Shown piece by piece: positions 52,671-64,000 of a stretch of 64,000 bases of DNA; within the stretch, counting starts at the first letter, position 1; every line of letters begins with the position of its first letter. The stretch is from Dicyema japonicum (lineage: Eukaryota > Animalia > Dicyemida): contig RDEW01000034.1 in assembly GCA_011109175.1 (NCBI GenBank), positions 455,556 to 519,555 on the forward strand, read 5' to 3'. A program made the position numbers and the translations under genes. Below the pieces are notes generated by a model. It worked only from the letters and a program-made list of their open reading frames with translations, did not search any database and was not told where the DNA came from.

Positions 52671-54287
52671 CACCAGGACTCAAAATAAAATTGGAGGATC
52701 TATGAGAGGACCTAACATAACTGAATAATCCACAATGGTTGCCAGCTTCCTACATAACCTTTAGTTGACAATTTAATAGAGCAAATAATTAATGTAATTG
52801 TCTGTTAAAATACAGTGGTGTGGGTTTATTAAGTATGACGTTGCCACAATGAGTTTGGCTCTGTGTTTTCCTATTGATTAAACACATCAATTTTACGGTT
52901 ATGATGTAACACTCCACTCTTTAAATTAATTTACATAAAAATTAATGACAGACATATCTGATGTTTTGTTATTCTGTACTCTTTTTGGATAGTTATATTT
53001 TCAGCAATTGTATAGACATGAATGAATACAACGAAACCAATGTTGAACACGTTCCCATCATTGTCAATTGATTCCCACTGGAACAGGACGCCCCTCGGCA
53101 TGGGATATCAATCCGTCTCGGGATCTAACTGTGCCTGCTTCATCCATTTCGTTGTGGACTGCAAAAAACTTCACTTGCTATCTTCCCGTTCCTGAGGCGT
53201 GCAGCTATCACTGGGGTTGTGAAGCGCTCTCTTGAGACGACTGAATTCCCATTGTCTCTGGAACCGATGGGCCTGGATCGTTGAGATGGAAAGCGCCCGA
53301 TGGGGTAACTATCTTCCCCTTCTCTCGGGGGAGTGCTTGATTTGGGATGGGGCCTACTGGTTTCGCATTTAAAGCTGAGGAGGCTGCTCGGACTTTCGAG
53401 AATTTCAAGATAAAAAATAAGCCAGCCTCTCCACAAGATTCCATGTACAGCCCGTTTTTGTCGAGACGAATGGAGTCTTCGGGCCCAAGACGACTTCTTT
53501 TCTAAGATCGTTTGGGTCAATGATTTCGAAAGTGAGTAATGAGCGTCGGGAAACCGAATGGTTGTTCCAAAAGATTTCTTTGGCAGTTGTCAAGGAAAAC
53601 AGGCATTCCATCCTATGGATTATTTAGATTGTCTTGTTACGTAATAAATTGTTTAAATGCGTGTACTGTTTGCTTAATGTTTATGATAATAATGCTTTAT
53701 TTACATAAAATGTAAAGAGGGTATATTGGAGCCTTTTTATTTTATCTCCTGGGCGAGGAAATTTCGTCTAAGGAGGATTACGTTAATGAGATGTGAATAA
53801 CTTTATAAAATTATACACGAAATTTTCACACAATGAGCACAGGAAGTCAGACGTACTCTTATCACGCAAAAAACTGAAAAGAGTGTCAGATATCGGAGAA
53901 GGATCTGAAGGATACACTACATTTCACAAGAACAACATTCTCTCACCGACTTGATAACATTCGAGTCATCCTATTAAATAATCTTGGAAACGTGGGAGTT
54001 ACCTTCCTAACGTCGATCTTCAACTATTCGATTAATTAAATGTGATACCGTTAATCTGGAAACAGGCACATATTCGGCAAATACTAAAACCTGGAAGACC
54101 AAAAGACGACCCATCGTCATTTATACTTGGAGAGGCTTGTAATCAGGGGAATAAAAGAGTTCTTACCAGATAGGCCTTTTCAGCATTGATTCATGAATGA
54201 GAGATCCACGTCTACATACAAACATTGACCGACTTTATTCGAGATGGATTTGCAAATAAGCCGAGATACTTGAAAACAGTTCTCTAT

Positions 54288-57200
54288 TTATTTTATAACC
54301 CCGGGAACACCGAGAAAGAAAGACAAAAGAGTCAAACAGTTAGGTGATCCCAGTCCTCGCAATCAATTGTGCCATTCGACGTCTGTGATCTTCCATTGTC
54401 CCCACTACTTTCCGGAAGAGCCTTCTCTCGGTCTTGCAGAGGAATCCGATCGGGGAGGGGAATTTCTTATCCAATCGGTTTTCTCTTGCCATGGAAAGGA
54501 TCAGGCGAAGCGGATTTCCATCTTCCTCACAGACGCGAAGAAATCCGGAGCCACGACTACGGATCTTAGCTTCCATGAGTAGTGGGTCGACTGTTGATCC
54601 ATTACGTGGGCAAAGCATACTGATTGTTTTCCTGGTGTATCGAGTTGACTCTTTGGACCATGACTCCGATAGCGCGAATCTCCATGCAACGGAGGCATAC
54701 TCAACGGCAGGCGCGATTGTTTGTTGGTAGAGGGTAGAAACGGAAAAGTCCATGTTCCTCGTGGTCCTCCGGACAAGGGCGCGTAAAACGTTAATTTTCT
54801 GGAGGCCCCTGGTAATCATGTCTTTTGCGTGGGAGTTGAAATTGAGTAGACTGTCGTACTTGACTCCAAGGACAGTGGGGGACCTTGTCACTGGAATCCG
54901 AGTGGGACCAATAAAGATACTCGGTTCATCCTTGGAACGACGGTCCGAAGTGAAAGTGAACAGATGGACTTGGTTGCAGAAATCGTAAGTCGATTGCCAA
55001 CAATCCAATCGTGGAGAGTGTTCAATTTTGTCTGAGTTTTAAGGGATGCGACTTGCGTCGAGCGGTTCCGTATTACAATGACTACATCGTCTGCGTAGGA
55101 TAATAGCAGGGAATCTTCGTCTCCATCATTAGGTAGGTCGTGTAGGAATAGGTTGAATAGAATTGGTGAAAGTGGAGACCCTTGGGGTACCCCGTTCGGT
55201 AGTAATCGTGATCTAGATCTGAGATCACCACTGACTACTCTTCCACGTCTTCCAGACAAAAAGTTGGCCAGCCATAATTTCACATTCGGACGAATATTAG
55301 TAGAAAATATTTTTCCAACCAGGATTTTCCTCGAAACAGTGTCAAAGGCTTTGTTGATGTCAATAGAAACCAAGTTGTGCGTTTGTGAGGCGGGGATGGG
55401 TGTTAAAATCATCGGCAATGAACTGCGATAAAGTTGCCAAGTATGTAGCGGTGGACCTACCGCGGAGGAAACCATGTTGAAATATAGGACGCGGAAGATA
55501 CGGAATAATGACTGATAATACAAGTTTCTCCATAATTTTTGACAGTGTGCTGGTAACGGAAATAGGCCTGTAGGATGCAGGTTCTGTCTCTGGTTTCCCA
55601 GCCTTCAATATCGGTCTGATGATAGAATTCTTCTAAATCTTGGGAATAATATTATAGTTAATAGACAGGTTGTATATATGCGTGAGGTAGCCAATTGCGT
55701 AGTGGCTTAGGTGTTTTGGTGAATAGAAGATACTTTGTCAGGCCCGCACGCCCGTGAGCTCTTTAATCTGGTGATCACATCCAAGACTTGGTCATCTGTG
55801 AATAGTTCGTGGTAAGGTTCCTTCTTCGGTTTATGGGCACGTACCTTAATGTCCAGGTGTTTCGAGAATGGTTTGAAGCTAATTCCATCGTAATGTTTCA
55901 TAAGGGTGTTAGGATGTAGGTGGCATAAGTGTTCAGGAGAAGACTTTCCGGTTCCGTCTGCATCATCCAGCTCCAACTTGACTTGTTTAAGAGTTTTCCA
56001 GAAATGTCGGGATGTACTTTTCCTGTCGAGGTGGTTAACTAGATGCTGCCATCTCTTGTCCTTGTGTTCTTTTATGCTCTGACAGATCCTTTTATTCAGT
56101 TGTCTGAGGGCTGTCAAAGACTTCATGTCCAACAGATGGCATCTCTTCAGCCGGTCTCTTTGTTTTATAAGACTTATTGTATAAGAGCTGAGGGTAGGAA
56201 TAAACTTCTTGTATGACGATATAGGAATAAAAATATGGTCAGCTTTCTGAATGGCAGCGCTGATAATTTCTGCGGCTCATCAATAGAGCGTATTGGGAGG
56301 ATAATCTCCGGGTCAAGAATTTATCCACAAGGTTACTGAAACCAGACCAGTCAACCTTCGTATAATCCTTGAATCTTTTTGATTCCGCCGGCCGTTCCTG
56401 TATCGTCGAAGACCTCTCAGTTTTAGAAGGATTGGATTGTGGTCACTGGAGAAGCCGTAAAAGACGTTCCAGGAAATAAGTCCAGCCAGAGAAGGTGCGA
56501 TAGTGTTAAGTCGAGGGATGTGCAGCTATCAGTCATCCTTAATGGGGTCCTCGTATGTGAGTTAGGGTTGTTCAGTATAATCAGGTCAGGAAGATAATTT
56601 GCAATGAGTTCTCCTCGGTTATCAGAGGATTGGGAAGTGAGCCAAACTGGATGTCGTGCATTAAGATACCCACATAACAGTAGATTTTTCAATGTTGAAT
56701 TGCGTGATAAATCAGGGGTGTAAGATGACGGAACAAGATCCTTGTGGAGGAATATATATTAGCCAAATGGATCCAAAAGGACGGGAATAACTCCATTTTG
56801 ACAGTAATCTGCTCCAAAGTCTTGTCGGAGCCAAGAAGCTCTGAGGTTCGTTGAGTTGTATCCATAAAAGGAATATCGTTCTTTATAATAGTAAGTAGTC
56901 CTCCTCCGCGTCCTCCTGACGATCTTTACGGATCACTGTGTATCCGGGAAAAGAGGGTGTTGGTATGGAGGGAGATAGCTTGGACTCCTGTATTAAAGCG
57001 AGGTCAGCCTCATTTTCGCGGAGGAGTGCCCGGAGTTCAAAGATTTTCTTCCTGATCCCATTCGTATTCAGTTGTATAATTGTAAAACCTTTCCATAGAC
57101 CAGGATTGGTTTCGACGTCTCCACATAGAAGAATCAAAAGTCTGGATAAATGGGGACACCAGACAGGGTCGAAGACACAGGAGATGAAAGGACCATCGGA

Positions 57201-57305
57201 CGGTGGGGAGAAGCTGTTGGCTCTTTTCGTTCCTTTTTGGAATGGGTTACACCATTTCTGGTGAGCCACATGACACCACGCTAACAACATATCGTTCATA
57301 GGCAA
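54288..57305 (-). mobile_element. Ingi/Vingi-like LINE (2A-like peptide, APE, RT; no RNase H seen), frameshifted
   Basis: LLILLCGDVETNPGL, QLNTNG, LIQESKL, GYLNARHPVW, SYRPISVTS, DINKAFDTV, GVPQGSPLSP, YADD; hairpin and TAAA tail at 54288-54314. Confidence 0.9.
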
Positions 57306-57479
57306 GATTGCTTTGTTTGATTGACATTCACAAAGCGTTGACTTAATTTTGAGAAAAAACTATCGAGAAAAATATTCCAATCGGAGATCCCAGGAAAACT
57401 CAAGTTTTGGATAACCAACTTCCTAAGTGGACGAAGAGGACGTGTATGCTTCGGAAGTCTGAAATCAATTTCACGTCTA

Positions 57480-58300
57480 CTCCCCAACGGTGACCCTTAA
57501 TGATCTCCTTTATCCCCTGCTCTGTTTAATCTTTTTCTGACCGAGCTTCCAAATCTGGAATCCAATAATAATGTTCTTATCTCTTATGCGGACAATATTG
57601 TTTTGGCTTCGCGAGATCGGGACATTCCGAAGGCCATGGTAATAATACAAATTAACCTGGACCAGCTAAACGCCGTATAATGGAGAACAAGCTCATGGTG
57701 AATGCAAAAAAGTCGACCACGTCCCTTTTTACCTCGGACAAAAATTTTGAAGACAGTCACCATGAAGTTAAACAATGTCGACATCCCTTTCAACAGATGT
57801 CAAAGATCATGATTTGCATATTTGTATATAACCACACGTAGAAAACATTCTTGTCAAATGTGAAGAGAAACTGAACATACTAAAATGTTTATCCGGAAGA
57901 TTGGTACTCAACCGGTCAGTACATTGAGCCATATTTCTCATATGCATGCGCCTTGTTGGGACCGTCAATATCTTGGACAAATATGAAGAAGATCGAGGAA
58001 ATGCAAAAGTGGGCTTTCAGAGTAACGGAGCATTAGATTTGTGGAGATCACCGAACCAGTCTGACGCATCTTGAGGCCCTTATGAGACTAGACTTCAGAA
58101 TGCGGGAATGTGACCTCATATATTTAGTCAGTCGTCCTGTACGATCATGCGCGAGAACGATGAAAGAACATCGGGCAAAGATGAGGTCACTGTTGGAAAT
58201 TAGTTCGGTTTTAGCGTGGTATTGGGATGGTAAATGAATAACCCCCTGCCATAGAATGGACTTTTCTTTAAGTATCCTCCCCCTCAATAAAAAGATGTTA
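57480..58300 (+). mobile_element. Degenerate LINE RT (Jockey/I-like)
   Basis: YADNIVLASR and FSYACAL motifs in broken frames. Confidence 0.55.
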
Positions 58301-59499
58301 ATTTAAATGTATGAATTGAAGACCTTATTTCCTCTCAACGGCTCTAATGGGTATTAGTATACAATCTTCGTCATCCTCTAAGCTTCATTCATTTGTTTTT
58401 GTATAGCAATTGCTGCTCTCCTTAACTTTTTCCAACAGTTAACCAATTTGGTGCTTGTTTTTTGAAAAAAATTTATTATCTCCCAAGACTATAAATAAAA
58501 GAAGGAATCACGTTCTTGTTTGTAGAAAATATAAATTTACGTCAAATTTAAGTTTCCTCATACAGAGGAGTGCCTCTCAAAAACAAAACCCAACTATTTT
58601 AAAGTCAACATGATTGGCTCCACACAAAGAGCATATCTACTAAAATTTAATTTGTTTTTTTGTCGAAAAGTTTGAGCCCCTGTGAGATACTAACTCCTGA
58701 TTTATTTCATTGTCAGCATATATTAACAGTCTTGTAGACATTTAGGAAGAGGGAAGGTTTTTATGATAATAATAAAGAGCAGAGGGCTGAGAATATACCT
58801 TTGTTGGACTCCTCTCTTTATTTCTACTTCATTGTAAGGTAGCGTACATGTCTCGCATAGGAGTTCCCCTTGCACAAGTATCCCCTAATCCAATTCATCA
58901 ATTCTAGCGAGATTACGTCCTTATGACTCATGATTCAAAACGTTTAGACATAATAAATTCAAGAGGCACTTGGAATTCTTGTCCTTAGCTATCTGTGAAC
59001 TGAAGTGAACAAAAAATCTAATTCAGGAAAAAAAATTCCTGAATTCAGGAAAAACCAAATTGATGCTCTTCCACCAACTTTGAAATTTTTTTGAAAATAA
59101 TTAGTTCAATTTTCTTCGATGTTGAGCATATGAGTCGGTTTTTAACAACATTACGCACCACATTATGCATCATTACGCAACAGTTATTCGCACTTTCCTG
59201 GATAGCACAAACAAAATACCCGAAACCTTTTCCTAGGTAGAGTAGGAAACACACGCTCGGAAGACACGACGCGACTGATTTAAAAAAAATATGTTTACCC
59301 CGTCCCAGCTAGAACATCAGGGATTACCTTCCTTCCTACGTGCCATTGGATTGTTGACAACCATAATGGGAGTTGATTAAGGATAAATCCATACAAATGG
59401 TAAGGGAGAATGGGCTCTCAATAATGAGGACTACTTAGTAATTTATGACACTTAGAAATTTAATAAATCATTCCGTGATAAGCACGTGAACACATCGAA

Positions 59500-59950
59500 G
59501 GTTACTCCATGATGTTTTGGGATTTGAAGGGAATATTGATGTTGTCCGTCTTCCCAGTCTTTTGTCAGAAAATGAACAAATAGACTATACTGGTCAAGTT
59601 GATGGTCAGTCGTTTTTTGTTAAACATGTGGTCTATTAAAGTGATTATGTATTGAAGGACTGAATGTCACGAGGGCAGGAAGATGTCATCAGTATGATAT
59701 TGTTTTCATTTCGTAGTATATGAACAAAAAATAGATATCGACGATCCCTTCGAACAAAACATTTAAGTAAAAGTTAATAAACTTTGGATCAATAATTAGA
59801 GCACTTGGGTGTCTATTGACCAAAGCCTCGAGGAGCGTCGGGAAACCGAGTGGCTTTTCCAAAGGATATCCCTGGCAGTAGTCAGAGGTAACAGTTACTC
59901 GATCATATCCGCTGGACTTTAGAACGATTTTATTGTTATAAATAAATTTC

Positions 59951-59952
<2 letters not shown>
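59500..59952 (-). mobile_element. Possible Penelope-like RT remnant
   Basis: Weak GYPLEKPLG (GxPMGSPLS-like) and TDDIF motifs only. Confidence 0.2.
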
Positions 59953-59982
<30 letters not shown>

Positions 59983-60331
59983 TTAGTAACTAAGCAACAG
60001 AATAGTTAAATGCACTCCCTCGTTACGCATAAGTATATGAATACTTAGGGTTCTACTTGTTCCTTGCACTTCACTATCCGTTCTAACAGTTTTCTACATG
60101 TAACTTCTTTCCTAAGGTCGCTGTTCTCATTTTCCCATCAATATGAGCATACTATTGATCCAGAGAGGAAGCCTGGTTCTCTATCGTCCACCAAAGCCCC
60201 CAGTTAAAAAATCCTCGATAATGAGGTTAATAGTGTCAGCATGCGAACAGTTGACATAATGTCTAAGAGAATGAAAATATCTAACTTAATAAATCAATAA
60301 AGTCCTATTAGAAATATTAATCAATAACTAA

Positions 60332-60766
60332 TTAAGGTTTCTCACCACGTATTCTACGGGCAAGTTGTATATCTGAGACCATAATTGTAACACGTTTGGC
60401 ATGAATAGCACACATATTAGTGTCCTCAAACAAACTCACTAAAAAGGCCTCACAGGCTTCCTAACACTTAGTGTAACTTAGAACCTGAAGAGCACCAATT
60501 GCTGTACTTTGAAAACGAAGATCAGTTTTGTAGTGCTGAGCAGTCTCTCTCACAAGTCTTTGAAAGGGGAGTTTACGGATAAGCAGATCTGTGCTCTTCT
60601 GATATCTACGGATCTCCTTCATTGCCAGTGCTCCAGGGCGGTAGCGACGAATTCGTTTCAAACCAGCAGAAGAAGTAGCACTCTTACGGGCCGTCTTTAC
60701 TGACAGTTGCTTTCTTGGTACTTTCGCTCCTGATGACTTTCGTGCTGTATGTTTCGTTCGAGCCAT
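60332..60766 (-). CDS. H3: Divergent histone H3 (H3.3-like), 136 aa, one 24-nt intron at 60461-60484
   Basis: MARTK...RYRPG...[20 protein letters not shown]; splicing restores [27 protein letters not shown]. Confidence 0.97.
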
Positions 60767-61314
60767 TAACTAAACGTAAGATTTATATTACAAAAATAAA
60801 AAAAGAGATACATACAACAAAAAACACTAAATGGTGTACACCCGATTTACATAAAAATACTATTTTAATGGGTTTGACAGCAAAAATAGTGAAAATATAA
60901 GAACTATAGAAGAAATAATATATCTAAAATAAATAAAAATCATAGTTATGGTAAAAAATATAATAATATAATATCAAAATTACAATCCTACCTAACAAAT
61001 GTAGTAGTGAGGATTGATTAACTGTTCATTTCCTTCAAGTTAAAGTTACTTTATAATAGTTTCGTCACTAACATAAACCACACATTGACTGTCGTCATTC
61101 AAACTTAATCTGTTATTTATTTTATTTTAAACCATTTTTGAGTATTTATTATTATTTTTATTTATTAAATTTATATCGACTTGTTGTTCAATTTTTATTC
61201 TTTCACTTTTCTTTGCAAATGTTATAACTTTCACATTTTATTAATATTTATTATATAAAATAATTCATTATACAAAATTCACTATTCTTGACTCCGCCGG
61301 ACTCGTCCTCTCTT

Positions 61315-61395
61315 TGTCGGTCTGGGATCACTTAGTTAGATGAGAACTTTTATTTCTTTCTCTTTGACCCAGTGATCCTGGGGGTAATAATAATT
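61315..61395 (+). repeat. LINE 3' tail remnant with a perfect hairpin
   Basis: CTGGGATCACTTAG...TTCTTTCTC...CCCAG-TGATC-CTGGG-GGTAATAATAAT. Confidence 0.7.
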
Positions 61396-61899
61396 ATACA
61401 AAATAGAAAAATCACATAAACTCAAGTTGCTTCGTGCATTGATTGATAAGCCTCTTGGTTAGAGCAACGAGAACCTTAAAATTATCTGGGAAGGAAGACA
61501 TTCACCTGGAAGTGGGAGAACTTAACAACAGTCCTCACTTTTATTCACCTTTTCAGTGCCATTTGTTACTGTTCGTCCAAGCTGGTTTTCAGGCCTTTTC
61601 CTTTTGTTAATAATCCGGATGGATTTGAACATTTTGGTTCCATCTTTATACCTCTCATTTCCTCAATCTGTTTGTCCACTTTCTTTTTCACTATTTTTCT
61701 AAGTTTTTTGATTTTCGTCAAAATAGTGAACTACCCTTAACTCTCGGTTCATTCTCTGTATATTTGAATTTTCATTTCTGATCCTCAATTCTTTTGTTTT
61801 GCAGATAAGGATGATATTTCTTTATTTTCATGGAGTCCCAAAAGTAAGAGGTATTCTTAGTGCGACTTCAACGTCACTCCATAAATCCTGTGCACTATT

Positions 61900-62300
61900 T
61901 TCTGCATGTATCTTAATATCTCCTCTCTGAGTTGTTCTCCGTACTTTTTCATATTTGTTTTACTTAATAGTTTTTCTATATCTCTCAAGCTATGGTTTAC
62001 ACGTCTCGCAGGTTTATACGAACGTTTTTTAAAAAGAATATAGTGATCACTGGTTGTGTTCGGTATATTCTGACCAGGTTCCCATTTTTATCTTTTCTTA
62101 AACTAGTTTTATGTAATGTTGGATGATCAAAATAGTATTCGTAATAAACATGCGATCCAATACAGGTCTCTTCATTCCTCGTTTCACCAACTCTAGAATC
62201 CCAGTCACCACCAATGAACCTCAGAAATGATGACGAAAGTTAGTCATATTTCCAAGTAAAACATGAGTAGAGCACATCGAGCTCTTTAGGATCGGCATCA
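61900..62300 (-). mobile_element. APE endonuclease remnant
   Basis: GGDWDSRVG (GDFNAxVG-like) and TSDH. Confidence 0.5.
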
Positions 62301-62448
62301 ACCCGGACAGCGGTCTGAGCATAGACATTGACGATAGAGATGACAGAATTAGATTTCGTTCAGAACTTGAGTTGCATGATTGTAATACGACTCGAGACAG
62401 CCATAAACGTGTCAAATAGTAAAAGATCTCATCAAATCCAAGATTATA

Positions 62449-62511
62449 AGCAGCGAGATTCGAACCCGTAGCCTAAGCCATTTAAGCCCGACATCTAACC
62501 ACTATGCCACC
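62449..62511 (-). repeat. Isolated head of SINE family B
   Basis: Near-identical to 25811-25872, including A and B boxes. Confidence 0.75.
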
Positions 62512-63199
62512 TTGTTTCATGAAGACAGTAAATACTGACCCATGAATTGATAAATCACGTCCAAGTTGATGTTATTTTGGTAATGAACTTCAAACCACGA
62601 ATGTTGAAAGTACTGAGGGAGAAATAGACAACGGGTAATCAAACGCGAAGAAGACAAGATTTCAAAAAAGGTACGTCCATCACCAACCACACCCTTATCC
62701 ACGGAAAATATGTCATGCAGACCCAGTGTCTATGTTGAATGGACCTAGTAATTAGTTATTTTAATGGCAGTATAAGTGTTATCAATCACCTAAACAACAG
62801 TTGGAAACAGTAGATGCTGGCCTAATACTGAAAAATTAAGTGCCGTTTAATGACTTTAAACACAACGTTTTTGACTAAAAAGGTAATAGATTAACTCGTA
62901 TGCCCAGTAACGATGGCAACAAAAGTGGAGTGTTTATTAGAAATATGAGTGTGCGTAAAATGTGAATTGTTCAAAGACTGTGAAGAAATGGTTTTTAAAC
63001 TACGCAAGCAAACAAGTAGGTTAACTATGAGATTAGAATACCGGATAACTTATCTCAAATGTGATATCAAAAGTTTTGGTGAAGTCTTTGCTAAGATGTC
63101 ACTAGAAGAATATAGGGATGTTAATGAACTCATTAGAGTCAAGTCAGAAGTTAGAAGATTCAATATTGGTATAAAATTGTCACTGATGAAGCTCGATGC

Positions 63200-63330
63200 T
63201 CATACAGATGAGAAATAAAAGAAAAAAGGTTTAAATGCAAGATCGGCAAACATAGACCGACTGTACATTCCAAAGTCTAGGTTAGGTGATGGTCTACGCG
63301 ATGTAGTCAAAATGAGGGAGAGGCCGTTGT
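63200..63330 (+). mobile_element. R4-like remnant
   Basis: ANIDRLYIPKSRLGDGL parallels ANKERLYLDRKTFGRGL. Confidence 0.45.
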
Positions 63331-64000
63331 TGGGCTTAAATTAGAGTGTGAAACAATAATATCTGAGAGGAAGATGGTATTCTTTACTGTTGAGTAGTCA
63401 AACTAACTAATGTACGTATCCAATCTCTAAATATGACCTTATACAAGAACACCAGGGAAGTACAGTGTCATTTAACGTTTTTTAGGTCGCCTGTTTGGGG
63501 GAAAATGCCTATAACTGTAGCCAACAGACACAACTTTTCCCAATAACATAGTTTGTTTTGTAGTGGCTACGAGTACCGTTCCCAGTAGGAAATTAACTAG
63601 ATTAACAAAAAGTGTTTGACATACAACTTTCTGAGCAACAATTCACTAGACTCTTATTAAATAAACAAAGATTACAATATTATAGGCAACTATCGTAGGT
63701 ACATAATTGTTATATTTCCACACGTGCACTTAAAGCGATTTTTCAGAAGTTTACATCAAAGTTCCAAATTTCACACATCAGGGGCTACTAGGTTATCAGT
63801 TCCGACAACTCTTTATGCACACGATGAGCTTACCTGTAAAGCCTTCTGCAAGCTCACCAATATACAACTTATAAATTTTTTTCATTTCTACTCAGAATAA
63901 CTACATGGTGACTCCACTTGTTGGAATTATGATATAAAGTTAAAGAGCGTCTGGATAACATTAGAACTGCTACTTTGTAAAGCACGAACACCCTAAATAT

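Noticed and set aside
59958-59982. Poly(A) run as a retroposon tail (also about 45248-45263)
   Set aside because: No upstream element body or TSD identified
1-64000. CRISPR arrays, rRNA genes, telomeric repeats, prokaryotic operons
   Set aside because: No regularly spaced repeats, rRNA signatures or telomere arrays seen; genes are spliceosomal

Overview
Eukaryotic nuclear DNA, AT-rich, standard genetic code. Nine intron-rich genes sit as isolated islands: a CH-LIM-bMERB (MICAL-like) protein, KRI1, V-ATPase subunit A, an F-BAR/SH3 protein, RPS9, a small GYF protein, UBA1, PNUTS/PPP1R10 and an H3.3-like histone. They are separated by several kb of decayed non-LTR retrotransposons (RTE-like, Ingi/Vingi/Jockey-like, R4/Dong-like, CRE-like) and at least two SINE families. 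All roughly 45 introns I could place are 19-26 nt long. Tiny introns plus animal-type genes suggest a reduced metazoan parasite such as a dicyemid mesozoan (inference, not verified). Main signals: (1) in the gene islands I counted, G/C skew inverts between 5' and 3' ends, in introns and flanks as well; (2) 10- and 12-nt microexons between 22-24-nt introns; (3) TSD-bounded SINEs sharing a 3' hairpin and TAA tail with an Ingi/Vingi-like LINE that carries a 2A-like peptide; (4) a complete TSD-bounded R4-like element. Several single-base frame breaks in essential genes indicate that the consensus probably contains indel errors, which limits fine-scale claims.
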